Below, piece after piece: positions 12,368 through 26,500 of a DNA stretch of 64,000 nt (positions are counted from its first letter, which is position 1; each line of letters starts with the position of its first letter). Origin of the DNA: Macrostomum lignano. Its lineage: Eukaryota. A program made the position numbers and the translations under genes. The DNA lies in the NCBI GenBank assembly GCA_002269645.1, contig NIVC01000983.1, positions 124,001 through 188,000 of the forward strand. Direction: 5' to 3'. The notes below the pieces were generated by a model, which was given only the letters and a program-made list of their open reading frames with translations, was not told the origin of the DNA and did no database searches.

Positions 12368-15300
12368 CGTTTGACTGTCCAGTTGAGTTCGTCCCGAGCT
12401 GCACCTGGACAATCGAATCACAGAATGTGCTGTTGTACAATTAAAAACATCAAAGCAACAAAGTTGATGGTGGCATAAGACTTCGTATAGAGCGTCGCTG
12501 TAGTCTTCGTGTCAAAGGCCGCCAAGATCGCGGCTTAAAGTCCGTTGAGCGAGGATGTACTGAAGTACCAAATCTCGACGGTGTAGCAACTCGACTCTGG
12601 TTTGCTACTAGCAATTTACGTAATCCTCTCTGGACCAGACACTTTCTAAAATCTCAGAAATAAGCTATAGATTGCTAGCTTTTCCTGTGGTTCTTTCGTC
12701 AGTAAAAGCTGATAACTAGGCCACTGCCACAGAACTGCACTCGACTTTTGACAATAAACACATCAAGTTGATAAAACGTCAATCAAGTGAACAGCTCGTA
12801 GTTTAAAGTTGAAAACTCTCAAACAGATTGCAAGCCAAGCTTGCAATCACGACAACCACGTAGAGAACTTCAAAGCAATTGTTTTGTGTACAGAACTCGC
12901 ATCGTGTGGCCTTAACAGTAGAACTACCAAGGGGGGGGAATTTCCCCCAAGGGGGGACAATTTTTTTTGCTGCGCCGGAACGGAGCAACGCAGGCACACG
13001 AAATTCAAGAACACGGGCTAACTTTTTGTTGCGCACCTTCTCAAACAAGAATCAAGTCGCCAGCCCTCCGGACCGTCGAGATATTCGACGATTCTGCCAG
13101 AAGGTCGGATTTTTCCCATAAGCGCTAGTGTATTCAGTACACCCCTGTGCGCCAACCAGCACTGCGCCTCAGTGCAGCCTTGCCAAGTCTCCAAATTTCA
13201 TCAGCACGTCGACCACATGTGTCTGCATCAGTTCTGACTTCGTTGGTCACTAGCCTTCGCCCAGGTGGAGCTTCTGGACCCTCAACAGCTGTGGCACCAG
13301 GTGACTATGGACACCCTGATGCGGATTTCTCTAGTTTCGCCGATCAAGCCTCGACAGTGGGCAAGAATCAACCGTCAGACATTCTTAGCTAGTCTCTCAA
13401 GCATTCCGTCATCATCCTGACGCCGTCGGCACCTTCAACAGATTACACCAGGTGACTATGGACACCCTGATGCTGATTTCTCTAGTTTCGCCGATCAAGC
13501 CTCGACAGAGGGCAAGAATCAACCGTCAGACATTCTCAGCTAGTCTCTCAAGCATTCCGTCATCATCCCGACGCCGTCGGCTCCTTCAACAGATTGCACC
13601 AGGTGACTATGGACAGCCTGATAAGAATCTCTCTAGTTTCGCTGATCAAGCCTCGACAGTGGGCAAAATCAAGTGCTGGACATCCTCAGCTAGTCATTCA
13701 AGCATTCAGCCATCACGCCGACGCCGTCGGCACCTTCAACAGGTGGCACCAGGTGAGTAAGGACACCTAAGTGTGATTTTTCATCATGCGCTTAACATTT
13801 CTGAAGCTCTCAAAATTTTTTAAGCACGAACATTGCTATAGTTAAGCTTGAACTCATGTTGCTGTATATGTATATTATTATTACACATACTTTTATACAT
13901 ACGAGCTACATACATACTTTATTTGACAAGCTGTTTAGTTTATTGAACTATAATATAAGAACCCAATAATAATATAAATATACAGCAACATGAGTTCAAG
14001 CTTAACTATAGCAATGTCCGTGCTTAAAAAATTTTGAGAGCTTCAGAAATGTTAAGCGCATGATGAAAAATCACGCTCAGGTGTCCTTACTCACCTGGTG
14101 CCACCTGTTGAAGGTGCCGACGGCGTCGGCGTGATGGCTGAATGCTTGAATGACTAGCTGAGGATGTCCAGCACTTGATTTTGCCCACTGTCGAGGCTTG
14201 ATCAGCGAAACTAGAGAGATTCTTATCAGGCTGTCCATAGTCACCTGGTGCAATCTGTTGAAGGAGCCGACGGCGTCGGGATGATGACGGAATGCTTGAG
14301 AGACTAGCTGAGAATGTCTGACGGTTGATTCTTGCCCTCTGTCGAGGCTTGATCGGCGAAACTAGAGAAATCAGCATCAGGGTGTCCATAGTCACCTGGT
14401 GTAATCTGTTGAAGGTGCCGACGGCGTCAGGATGATGACGGAATGCTTGAGAGACTAGCTAAGAATGTCTGACGGTTGATTCTTGCCCACTGTCGAGGCT
14501 TGATCGGCGAAACTAGAGAAATCCGCATCAGGGTGTCCATAGTCACCTGGTGCCACAGCTGTTGAGGGTCCAGAAGCTCCACCTGGGCGAAGGCTAGTGA
14601 CCAACGAAGTCAGAACTGATGCAGACACATGTGGTCGACGTGCTGATGAAATTTGGAGACTTGGCAAGGCTGCACTGAGGCGCAGTGCTGGTTGGCGCAC
14701 AGGGGTGTACTGAATACACTAGCGCTTATGGGAAAAATCCGACCTTCTGGCAGAATCGTCGAATATCTCGACGGTCCGGAGGGCTGGCGACTTGATTCTT
14801 GTTTGAGAAGGTGCGCAACAAAAAGTTAGCCCGTGTTCTTGAATTTCGTGTGCCTGCGTTGCTCCGTTCCGGCGCAGCAAAAAAAATTGTCCCCCCTTGG
14901 GGGAAATTCCCCCCCCTTGGTAGTTCTACTGTTAAGGCCACACGATGCGAGTTCTGTACACAAAACAATTGCTTTGAAGTTCTCTACGTGGTTGTCGTGA
15001 TTGCAAGCTTGGCTTGCAATCTGTTTGAGAGTTTTCAACTTTAAACTACGAGCTGTTCACTTGATTGACGTTTTATCAACTTGATGTGTTTATTGTCAAA
15101 AGTCGAGTGCAGTTCTGTGGCAGTGGCCTAGTTATCAGCTTTTACTGACGAAAGAACCACAGGAAAAGCTAGCAATCTATAGCTTATTTCTGAGATTTTA
15201 GAAAGTGTCTGGTCCAGAGAGGATTACGTAAATTGCTAGTAGCAAACCAGAGTCGAGTTGCTACACCGTCGAGATTTGGTACTTCAGTACATCCTCGCTC

Positions 15301-15479
15301 AACGGACTTTAAGCCGCGATCTTGGCGGCCTTTGACACGAAGACTACAGCGACGCTCTATACGAAGTCTTATGCCACCATCAACTTTGTTGCTTTGATGT
15401 TTTTAATTGTACAACAGCACATTCTGTGATTCGATTGTCCAGGTGCAGCTCGGGACGAACTCAACTGGACAGTCAAACG
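12368..15479. repeat. Giant inverted repeat: arms 12368-13882 and 13965-15479 (1515 bp each), 82-bp AT-rich spacer
   Basis: Paired positions sum to 27847. ORF translations are mirrored exactly and spot checks are identical except for 4 mismatches within ~110 bp of the spacer. Confidence 0.97.
13295..13760. repeat. Three diverged 151-bp tandem units inside the left palindrome arm (mirrored at 14087-14552)
   Basis: CACCAGGTGA recurs at 13295, 13446, 13597 and 13747. Confidence 0.9.
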
Positions 15480-16241
15480 CAGACGGAACTGCGTTAACAA
15501 ATTGTATTTACAGTTTTGGGATAGCACGGAAAATCATTGAAAATATGAATTGCTCATAAAAATGTTTCGACTACACTTAAATACATAATACTACTTACAT
15601 ATGCTGAAAAAAACAGGGGAGGGGCACGTCGGAAACTGGGCAAGAGACTGAACTCAATCATAGACCTCGGGACTAAAGTTTGGGAACGTAAACCACGTTG
15701 AAATTGAAAAGAAGATGGAAAACTCTGCGAAAGTGAGAGTGATAATACCAGCTATGTAGGTAATAGAGGTAAAATGGTGACCGGACGAGAGGAAAAAGTG
15801 GGGACTGGATGACAGGGTAAAATGGTGACTGGACGAGAGGGTAATCGAGGGTGACAGGATTGAGCTTAAAAGACTGACAGAATGAGAAGATAAATCTTGA
15901 CTGGATGAGACGGTAAAAATGATACCAAGGGGTAAAATCGATTAAAAAAGGGCAAACATTACCGAATTGAGATGGAGTGACCATCCAGCTACATTATATT
16001 GAACCGTAATTTCGAATACTATAGTTATCCGTTAAATGGTTATAGCTGAGGCCAGTTCTAAACAATAAGGAGGTAGCGGAGATGTAAGACATTGAAAGAG
16101 AGAAAATGAGTTCAGCAAAAGGCCAGAACAGACTAAAATAAAAAAGATTTCCGGAGGTAGAGAGCCAGTCCTAATGTCCATAAAGATACGAAGGAGGACA
16201 TTTAAAATCGTGCCTCATCAACAGGACAGCTGTAGTGACTA

Positions 16242-18008
16242 TCAGGACACGGGCAAGTCTCTGTGACTGCTCTGCTGCTGCTGCTGTTGCTGCTGCTGAA
16301 TTCGAAGCATCTCCCTGAGTGAATTGACCTCCTCACGCAGAGAGTTGAGCTGAGCTCTGAGCACGGCGTTCTCCTTCTCCAGGTAGCTGGCTCGGACCGC
16401 TACTTCGTCTTCGCGCTGTTTCCGGGCATCGCGCGACTTCTTGGCTGCTGCGTTGTTCCGTTTCCGGCGCTCAAAGTACCTGGCGGGGAGGAGGGTGTAA
16501 GCATGCGGTACCCAGTCCGAGAATCCCGGGTCCCAGTGGGTCAGTCAGTCCGAGAATCCTGGGTCCCAGTGGGTCAGTCAGACAGTCCGAGAATTCCAAG
16601 TCCCAGTGGGTCAGTCAGTCCGAGAATCCCGGGTCCCAGTGGGTCAGTCAGGCCGAGAATCCCGGGTCCCAGTGGGTCAGTCAGACAGTCCGAGAATCCC
16701 GAATCCCAGTGGGTCAGTCAGACAGTCCGAGAATCCCGGGTCCCAGTGGGTCAGTCAGACAGTCCGAGAATCCCGGGTCACAGTGGGTCAGTCAGACAGT
16801 CCGAGAATCCCAGGTCTCAGTGGGTCAGTCAGACAGTCCGAGAATCCCGAATCCCAGTGGGTCAGTCAGACAGTCCGAGAATCCCGAATCCCAGTGGGTC
16901 AGTCAGACAGTTCGAGAATCCCGGGTCCCAGTGGGTCAGTCAGACAGTCCGAGAATCCCGGGTCCCAGTGGGTCAGTCAGAAAGTCCGAGAATCTCGAAT
17001 CCCAGTGGGTCAGTCAGACAGTCCGAGAATCCTGGGTTCCAGTGGGTCAGTCAGTCATTCCGAGAATCCCGGGTCCCAGTGGGTCAGTCAGTCCGAGAAT
17101 CCCGGGTCACAGTGGGTCAGTCAGTCCGAGAATCCTGGATTTTGTTTCAAATAGAGTCTGCAGAGTTCTATCACTAAATAGAGCTTTAAGAACCCTTGCC
17201 TTGCCCTGATTGTTGAAGGTGCAATAAAGAAAAATCGATGGGAAACTTCATTTCACCTGGAGTCCTTCAGATCGTTCGGCACCGGCTTCTTGCTTGCCCC
17301 GGCGGCGCCTCTTCGGCCAAATTTGGCGCCAGTCGGAGGCGTCTGGTTCGACGCGCTGGACGAAGTCGGCGAGCAGCTGCTGTTTGTGGTGGCGGCGCAG
17401 TCGGCATCAGTGTCGCCGAGTTGGATCGGGTAGCGAGTTGTTGTTGCTATGGTAACTGCCGATGTCAGCTGGTCGCACGCTTGAGGCATCTGATAGGCGG
17501 TTGAGGACGTCGGAAGCGAAGGCAGGTGAGGCTGGTGCAGCTGGTGTGGCTGGGGCAGGTAGTTGATTGTCGACACCGGGACCTTCTCGGGTCGGGGCAG
17601 ATCGTACATGCTAGCCAGATGCTGCTGCTGATAGTTTTGAAGCTGAGGCTGCTGCTGATGCTGCTGCTGATGCAGATGCTGGTGCTCGGGCTGAGCAACC
17701 ATCATCAGACTGGCATAGTCTGGCAAATCAGTTGGCTCCTGCAGCTGATGCAGCTGCGGCTGCTGCAGATGCTGCGCAGTGGAGTGATCGGCGAACAGTC
17801 GATAGGCTGCGAACGGCTCGGCATCGATCGAGGCTGAGAACGGGACTGTCGAGTTGGCATTGCTCCGCGCGGTGGCCAGAGGAGAGGACAGCGGCTGCTG
17901 CTGCTGCTGCTGGAGGTGCTGCTGAGGCCGCTGTTGGCTCGACTGCGTTGAAGCAGGCGGTGCATTGGGTGACATTGGCTGCTGTTTAACTGGCAGAGTA
18001 GTGTCCAT
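16242..18008 (-). CDS. PAR-family bZIP transcription factor (giant/CES-2/HLF-like); exons 18008-17257 and 16479-16242
   Basis: Spliced junction TCCAG/GTGAAA..CCAG/GTAC gives PVPNDLKDSRYFERRKRNNAAAKKSRDARKQREDEVAVRASYLEKENAVLRAQLNSLREEV, a PAR basic region plus leucine zipper. Gln/Pro-rich N-terminus; stop TGA 16244-16242. Confidence 0.92.
16505..17140. repeat. 33-37-bp minisatellite filling the bZIP intron
   Basis: Unit CAGTCCGAGAATCCCGGGTCCCAGTGGGTCAGT(CAGA). Confidence 0.93.
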
Positions 18009-19325
18009 TAAATCCGAGGAGTGAGCTCTGTTAAACTGCAGGAGTCTACTGACTGCTCAGCTTAAATTAGGCTGTAATTATATATTCAAAGTGCCTCTGT
18101 GCTTGCAACATGCTGCTTCTTGGACTCAATGCGTTTATTTCCTATCAAATTATAATTTATTAATTGACTTCGCTATCAAAGCAGTTTCTGCGCCACGAAA
18201 TGTAAAATGCTGATCATGGCGATGGCTATAAAAGGTCTCGGCAGCCGCACGTTCTTGCTCGAATGCCGGGGTGGTTGGGTTTGGAGAGGAGGGGCCTTCT
18301 TTCACAACTCTCTTTGGCCTTCAATTCTTTTTATCGAAGAGCATGCAAAGACTGGCGATTTCAGTTCAATCGTTGGGCCGTGGCTATTGTCCAACCCACC
18401 AACCCCCGAGAGACTTCACAGCCGCCTGCCGAGCCATTTCGTTCAAAACATTATAGTGGAGACCCCCGCACCCAACCCCTCTCCTATCCACGCCCTACAT
18501 TTCGTCCCTTTTTCCAACTATTTCACGTCCGCTCCGAGTGGAGGAGGGACTGGGGGATAGGGGGGTTGGTCGGCCAGCTGGTTGCGCAACCACTCGTCAT
18601 AGTCTGCCAGCTAGGTTCTAGGCTAGTAATAATCTGTAAACATTTTCGCGTGAATTGGTCTTAGCTTGCCACCAGTTCACGAAGCAGGTAATCAGATGAC
18701 CCATTCCAGTAACTTTGTGTGAAGTTTATAAACACTTTCTTTCTGCAACGCGTGTCCCTAATTACATGTATACTCGATTATCCAACTTTAAGCAGAAATG
18801 GTCTTACATGTCGATTCCCCAGAGCTCTGGCCTGCTTTTATCTTATCTTTTTTCAAGTTAGAGCTTTTGCAGTTTGCAGTTAAAGCTTTTGGCCTGAAAA
18901 TCTGACACGCCTTGAGACCTGCTGAGCAGTCTGCTGCAGTAGCAAGCGGGCAGGTAAATTTGGCTTTATTTTCAAGACGCTGAGTAAAGTAGTTGCACCA
19001 GCTGCCATTGACCAGTAGCTACATGAAGCTTTGCTGCCTGCAGGCTCTGCAAATGTGATTTGGTCTGGGTAAACAATTGCCACGACTTGGATCTGTTGAA
19101 ACATAATCAATTCAAGATTGAGTAGCCGGTGGGAGAAACCGGCTCCCACCCAGCTGCGGTACTTACTGACTTGACAAAAAATCAAGTAAGTAAAGTGCTG
19201 CAAATGTTGTTTCCCAATTAGAACAGCACTAGGCAATCAGCGCCTAGAGCTACTGAAGTCCCACCCGCCTTGATTTCTTGTTGCCTAGAATCGGCTTATC
19301 TCCTCAGACCAGCCAGACTCCCTAC

Positions 19326-19595
19326 ATGTCAAACGGTCGCCACCACGGCCTGATCAGCCGCGCTGGCTCGTCTGCGGACCACCTGCGGTCGTCGGCGGCG
19401 GGACGCAAGAAGGGCGCCAGCCTGTGCAAGAAGCTCCTATTGGTCCTAGTTGGCATCGGGGTCACCATCTTCCTGCTGTACTACAAGGGTCAGTCGGCGG
19501 TGCCAACTGTAACGGATCTGCCTGATTGGCTGTCAGCAAGGGGTCAGCGCATTGCCAACCTGACGAGAGCTCTGCGAAGACGCCAACACAAATAG
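19326..19595 (+). CDS. Hypothetical 89-aa single-pass membrane protein
   Basis: GC-rich coding-like ORF with a basic stretch GRKKG then a hydrophobic helix LLLVLVGIGVTIFLLYY and a short C-terminus. Acceptor-like TCTCCTCAG lies ~17 nt upstream of the ATG. No family recognised. Confidence 0.45.
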   Translation: MSNGRHHGLISRAGSSADHLRSSAAGRKKGASLCKKLLLVLVGIGVTIFLLYYKGQSAVPTVTDLPDWLSARGQRIANLTRALRRRQHK

Positions 19596-20804
19596 CGCTA
19601 GTGGTACCTGTCCCCATCTTAAATGGCGCCGCTGTATAAATTACACGGATCGCTTGCACGGGGTCGCCAAGTTAGTCAGAGAATGGAAGAGGCTGAATTA
19701 TATCAAAACGGTCGTTAGGTTGGCATCCACTTTATCGGCCTTCCAAAATGGCTTCGATCTTATATGAGTCGCATTCTAGATTATGACACTCATCTCGATT
19801 AGAGAGAGAGCTGTTGCCCCCAGAGCTAATCTGGCTAAAGTAATCCAGTCCACCTGTCTTTCTCATAAGCCGGAAGTCTTTCTCTAGATTTCTATAATGA
19901 CGGTTTATATGGTATCTTTATGGTAAACGGTATATAGAATTTGTCACGATTATTCCGCTTGTAAGGTACATGTAAGGTTGTTTAAAACTACCTCAACTTT
20001 GGTGGTAGCTGCCCCCCCCCTGCGATCAATATACTCGTACTCCGTATTGAATTGTGACGGCATTTACCAATAAGCGTACTTGATGCGAAATTAGCATATT
20101 ATTACTGGTAGACATAGTTATTAATTCCAAATATAATGCATCACTATTATTTGCCAATACCATGATCGAATCATGGGAATTTATGCTCAAATCAAAAATC
20201 TGAAATTCTTCCTGCAGCCCAAAAACCTGTATTGGACTTTGTGTTGTATTTTTGGATGATAATTTTAGCAAGTGTTTTACAATTTAGCAGACAGACACAA
20301 GACGGGATACAGAGGGAGACACAAAGAGGCAAACGAGACAAAAGTTGCATGAAAAAAAATACACAAATTTAACAGAACAAAAGCACATTCGATACAATGA
20401 AACACAGTAGGAAATGGCAATATTAATCATCAATAACAGAAGGAAAGGTTAAACAAAGGAGAGAGCAAACAGAGTTGAAGCAGTTCAGCGCTAACAGAAT
20501 ACTTGCTAATAGACATAAACTCGCATTTTGGCCACACAGATTAGCATATACGAGGACGTTAACTTAGTACGCAGGAAAGGCGATCAAACTATACAAATAA
20601 GGACATACAAATGACACTTGGCCATATAACGGCTTTCACTAACCTCAGGGACTACTGACTAGAAACCCAATGTACGCTGACTGACACTTGTCAGGGAATA
20701 GCTAGAACAAAGTCAAACAGAAAAGAGCAATTGTGGTGACAGATGCCTATGCGCGATTGCTCTACGGCTACACTCCAGATCCTTCTTTTAACGTCATCAC
20801 AAAC

Positions 20805-21560
20805 CCCAGCTCCCAAATTCCCTTCTATGTAATCCCAGATCCGAAATCCCCTTCTAGGTAATACCAGATCCGAAATCCCCTTCTTGTATGTAATCCCAGC
20901 TCCCAAATCCCCTTCTATGTAATCCCAGATCCGAAATCCCCTTCTAGGTAATCCCAGATCCCAAATCCCCTTCTTGTATGTAATCCCAGATCCCAAATAT
21001 CCTTCTTGTATGTAATCCCAGATCCCAAATCCCCTTCTATGTAATCCCAGATCCCAAATCCCCTTCTAGGTAATCCCAGATCCCAAATCCCCTTCTAGGT
21101 AATCCCAGATCCCAAATCTCCTTCTAGGTAATCCCAGATCCCAAATCCCCTTCTTAAATGTAATTCCAGATCCCAAATCCCCTTCTATGTAACCCCAGAT
21201 CCCAAATCCCCTTCTAGGTAATCCCAGATCCCAAATCTCCTTCTTGTATGTAATCCCAGATCCCAAATCCCCTTCTAGGTAATCCCAGATCCCAAATCCC
21301 CTTCTAGGTAATACCAGATCCCAAATCCAATTCTATGTAATCCCAGATCCCAAATCCCCTTCTAGGTAATCCCAGATCCCAAATCCCCTTCTAGGTAATC
21401 CCAGATCCCAAATCCCCTTCTTAAATGTAATTCCAGATCCCAAATCCCCTTTTAGGTACTCGTAATCCCAGATCTTAAATCCCCTTCTTAAATTTAATCC
21501 CAGATCCCAAATCCCCTTCTTAAATGTAATCTCAGATGCGAAATCCTCTTCTATGTAATC
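20805..21560. repeat. 29-33-bp minisatellite (TAATCCCAGATCCCAAATCCCCTTCTAGG)n
   Basis: About 25 tandem units immediately 3' of ERLEC1. Confidence 0.93.
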
Positions 21561-21673
21561 CTAGCCCACAAAAACCTTATCGAGTCAGCCGCAGCTCTCG
21601 AGAATGCAAATAACCAGTCCGAGGGCCCCCAGCTGCAGGCCAGACGGAGACCCCCTGTAAAACACAGAAGCCG

Positions 21674-22193
21674 TCACGGAGTCGCCGGTTCCGCGTCGTC
21701 AAACGCGGCATCGTCGGGCACCAGGCCGGTTGTCCGGTCAGCCGCCGCGATGATGGGGCACAACATCCGGCCTTCTAGCGTCACCGTGTACTGGCAGGTC
21801 TGGTGTTCGGCGAAGGCGATGCTGACGGCCGTCGGGCTGTCGGCCTCGCCGCGGCAACGCAGCAGCAGTCGAGTCCAGCGCGGCTTGCCGGTGAGGTCGC
21901 AAATGTCGCCGTCTGTGTAGAACTGGACGAGCTCCGTGCGCCTGCCCAGCTCCTTGTCGTCCTGCACCGGCAGCAGGTTGCGCTCGGTTGCCATGGCGAT
22001 GTGCGCGTCGGGATTCCATTCGCCTAGCCGGATTTCCGATCGCCTGCCATCGTCGAACACGTGGAATTGGATGATGCTCTTACGGAAGCAGACCTGATGC
22101 CGCCACCAGGTGGAGCCGCCTACGATGCACGTGGCGCCGCTGAAGAATTTCGACGATTGCACCTGCGGTATCTGGGGGGAGTCTGCACTGTTG

Positions 22194-22224
<31 letters not shown>

Positions 22225-23509
22225 GTTCTGCTGCTGCTGCTGCTGCTGAGAAGCGGAGTGCACCGCTATGAACACCTGGAATTGTTATTGCGATTGGAAA
22301 TTAGATAGTACAAGATAATAACAAATATTGCGTTAGATTTGCTTTTTAACAGTACATTGGCTGTTTTATTAGTACACTGGCTGTTTTATTAGTACATGGG
22401 CTGTTTTATTAGTACATTGGTTGTTTTATTAGTACATTGGCTGTTTTTATAAGTACACTGACTGTTTTATTAGTACACTCACTGTTTTATCAGTACACTG
22501 ACTGTTATATTAGTACACTGACTGTTTTATTAGTACACTGACTGTTATATTAGTACACTGACTGTTTTATTAGTACATTGTTTTTAGCATATTTTTAACA
22601 GAAAACACTTAAATCAGCTTAGTGAATATTAATAACCAAAAACCCCAGTTCCAACCCAAAGCCTCCACCAGTCTCACCTGGCCACCTTTATGCAAAATCT
22701 CCACTCTGGCGTCGGCGCCAAAAATGCCTTCAAGACTTTGCACGCTGGCCCGGACCTGCCTGTCGGCTGCTGTCTCCATGGCAACCAGAGCGGCCGGTTT
22801 GCGCAGCGCCTGCTGCTTTTTCTTCTCTTCAGAGCTGCCGGCGGCGGCGGCGGCATCGTTACTGCTGGCGTCCGCATCAGCTGGCTTCTGAGCAGGCAGG
22901 CAGTGCAGCTGGTTGACGTGGGTCCGCCTAGGCCGGTAGAGCGGGTGCTCGCACAGCTGGCGGGCCAGCACCACGATGCGATAGCGGCAGGATGCCGTCT
23001 CCGTCAGCTCGGCGATCTCGCCTTTGCCCTCTAGCGAGCACACGTACAGCACCTGCGGGAATAACCGGCGGTCCCATATATCATACTCTGAAATAGAAAT
23101 CCCATATTCTGAAATAGAAATCCCATATTCTGAAATAGAAATCCCCTATTCTGAAATAGAAATCTCATATTCTGAAATAGAAATCCCATATTCTGAAATA
23201 GAAATCCCATATTCTGAAATATTAATAGAAATCCCATATTCTGAAATATCAATAGAAATCCCATATTCTGAAATAGAAATCCCCTATTCTGAAATAGAAA
23301 TCTCATATTCTGAAATTGAAATCCCCTATTCTGAAATAGAAATCTCATATTCTGAAATTGAAATCCCATATTCTGAAATAGAAATCTCATATTCTGAAAT
23401 TGAAATCCCTCATTCTGAAATAGAAATCGCATATTGAAATTAAAATCCCTCATTCTGAAATAGAAATCATTCATCATCATCATCACATCATCATCATTCA
23501 TCATCATCA

Positions 23510-23545
<36 letters not shown>

Positions 23546-23548
23546 TCA

Positions 23549-23591
<43 letters not shown>

Positions 23592-26500
23592 CAATCATCA
23601 TCATCATCATCACTCATTCATCACAATATACTAAATCTCTAAGGTTTGTTTGACCGGTATTTCAGTCTACAGCCTGAATGCCTGAACCGATTTTTTTCAA
23701 ACTTGCTTTATTCAACTCAAAATTCTTGTGAGATTGTGTGGGTGTAATTGCATTGAAAAATTCGAATGGGAAGTTGGTTAAATATTCGAAAAACGAGTTT
23801 TTCTAATGCTTTCAATGGGAGGCTAGAAAAGGTCAAAATCTCACTAACTGAATTTCAATTCCAATTAAGATTGCGCCACAACTTTTCTCTATAAGGGAGA
23901 GGAAAATAATGCTCAGTGGCGGCGTGTGTACATTCTGCTCTGGCTGACTGCATAAACAATTGCTATTTATAGATTTCACTCAACTGTGCATTGGCTCTGC
24001 CTGCACAACCTGTGCACACTGAGCAGCCTATCACTGCTATGTATTTGACTGCAGTGCCGAAGCATATATGGCTGATTTTTGCGCCCTCCGATCAGTAGGC
24101 GGAATAGCCGCAGTGTAGGCACTAGGACTAGGTTTAGGCTAGGCATAAGGTCCAAGGTTCGAGTCCGCCTCCCCAGCGGATAATTAAAATTAAATAAATT
24201 CATTCATTAGTAGCTTCTACCTCGACTATTTTGAACAGTTTTTGATTAATTGTAATTAATTTTTTTTATTAATTACAATAATTTAATTTTGCTACTCGCA
24301 CAAGCCACTAAGCAAATTTGATTTGATTTGTAAAATTCTAAGATCCCATTAATTGTTATTATCTAGGTCTATAGAAGTAGATATTACTAAACTGCAGGGG
24401 ATTAAATTACTAAACTGCAGATGATGCTGCTAAACTGCTGAGGTATTGCTAAATGCTGAGTGGTGCAAGAGATTGCCGATATGTATCGAAAATCGATTAG
24501 TGAGCCATAAAATGCTGAGCTAATTTCTACATTGTTGAAAGGATCTTTGCAGACTGCAAAGGGGACAAACTGCAAACTGCTGACGTTGGTTAGTTTCTCG
24601 AGTCGAGACTTATGAGCGTATAAGCTGCAAACTGCCGAGTGGATAGCTGCAGACTGCTAGGATAATAATGGCAGACTTCTGAGGAGGATATCTAACTGTG
24701 AATAATTGTAGCTTGCAGAAGGGACAATTCTGGGTCCCTGAGGGATAAATGAATAATAATAATAAAAGTTGTAGAGTGCAAATGAGTTGTATGACTGCAG
24801 TCTGTTTTGCGGAATTAGAAGGGATAACTTCAGGTTGTTGTGGGGATAACTGCCAATTTCTGGGGAGGGTTTAACTTTAAACTTCTGAGGCGATAATAGT
24901 AGTCACCTTTTAGCAGTTTGGGAGTGGTGCTAATCTGGGGAGCGGTGCTAATCTAAGGGAGTGGGGCTAATATAAAGGAGGGGGAGGCTAATCTGGGGGA
25001 TTGGGGCTAATCTGGAGGAAGTAGCGGTGCGAATTTTTGCGGAGTGGTGCAAATCTGGAGAAGTAGTGCTAATCTGAGAAGGTGAAACTATCTGGGAAGC
25101 GGCGGTAATCTGTGGAGCGGTGCTAATCTGGGCTGAGTGCTAATCTGGGCTGAGTGCTAATCTAGGCTGAGTGCTAATCTGGGCTGAGTGCTAATCTGGG
25201 CTGAGTGCTAATCTAGGCTGAGTGCTAATCTGGGCTGAGTGCTAATCTGGGCTGAGTGCTAATCTGGGCTGAGTGCTAATCTGGGCTGAGTGCTAATCTG
25301 GGCTGAGTGCTAATCTGGGCTGAGTGCTAATCTAGGCTGAGTGCTAATCTGGGCTGAGTGCTAATCTAGGCTGAGTGCTAATCTGGGCTGAGTACTAATC
25401 TGGGCTGAGTGCTAATCTGGGCTGAGTGCTAATCTGGGCTGAGTGCTAATCTAGGCTGAGTGCTAATCTGGGCTGAGTGCTAATCTGGGCTGAGTGCTAA
25501 TCTGGGCTGAGTGCTAATCTAGGCTGAGTTCTAATCTGGGCTGAGTGCTAATCTGGGCTGAGTGCTAATCTGGGCTGAGTGCTAATCTTCCATCTTCCAA
25601 TATACTAAAAATCAAAACTATGTACCTACCTACCTATCTATCTATAGGAACCTTCGTTTAACTAGACTTTGCGTGGTCCGAATTTCGTGGGGTTTTCTGC
25701 ATTCGATGCGTATTGATGGTGCACTGGTACACAACATTTTGCTAAGAAATTGCTTCATTTTTTAGGGATTAAATATTCGAAAAACTCGATTTTTTGCCCG
25801 TTTTTTTAAGTTCAAACAGTTTTTTTCGATTGAGAAGCGTTCTGACTGCCGATGGAATTGTATTGCATCATAACTCAGTGCCAACTATTGCATTGGTTCT
25901 CTACACTCGCGTGGAAAGCTACAAGCGTTGAAAGGTTGCGCAACACCTTTAAGTTATTGAAATTGGGGGGAGGGTTTCGCCATTCAATTAGTCCTGGGCA
26001 TTGCTTGGTTGTTAATTTCAATGCATCAACTTGAAAGCCTCTCACTGTAGCTGGCGCTGAATGTACACCTAATGAATTTGACTGCTTTAAAGCAGGAATG
26101 TTCAATCGCTGTTTGCGCTTTGAGTTTTTCACTTTCAGAAGAGAACTTTGTATTGCTGGAAAGAGCTAGGAACGCTGAGTTCGGGAATATAATTTGTTTT
26201 CTGAGATTCGAAAAATTAAGAGCACAGCATTAAAAAGAAGATTCCTGTGAATTTTACTTTATATACTCATTGTACGCTCTTCCATATCGCAAACCCCTAC
26301 TTTATCGCAACTCCGCAATTCAAGCCAGCGCCATTGGATTTCAATTTAGATTGCGTAACCATATTGTTCACTTTAATAGTTGACTTTAATAATTGAAACT
26401 GATATTTTCTGCCTGAGAAATTGATTATGTCATAACTTGCTTCGAGTGATTTCTACTCTATGCTTGGAGTTTTCAGTGTTGAATTATATATGTGCTACAA

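Noticed and set aside
13883-13964. Missed SMRTbell adapter as the cause of the palindrome
   Set aside because: The spacer is AT-rich genomic-like sequence with no adapter motif, and both outer flanks are unique. Other chimera types remain possible.
12803-15044. Mirror-image ORF pairs in the palindrome
   Set aside because: They are short with no recognisable motifs, and the 151-bp units shift frame; they reflect the inverted repeat only.
20026-20271. 81-aa minus-strand ORF
   Set aside because: AT-rich, with no motif and no splice partner found.
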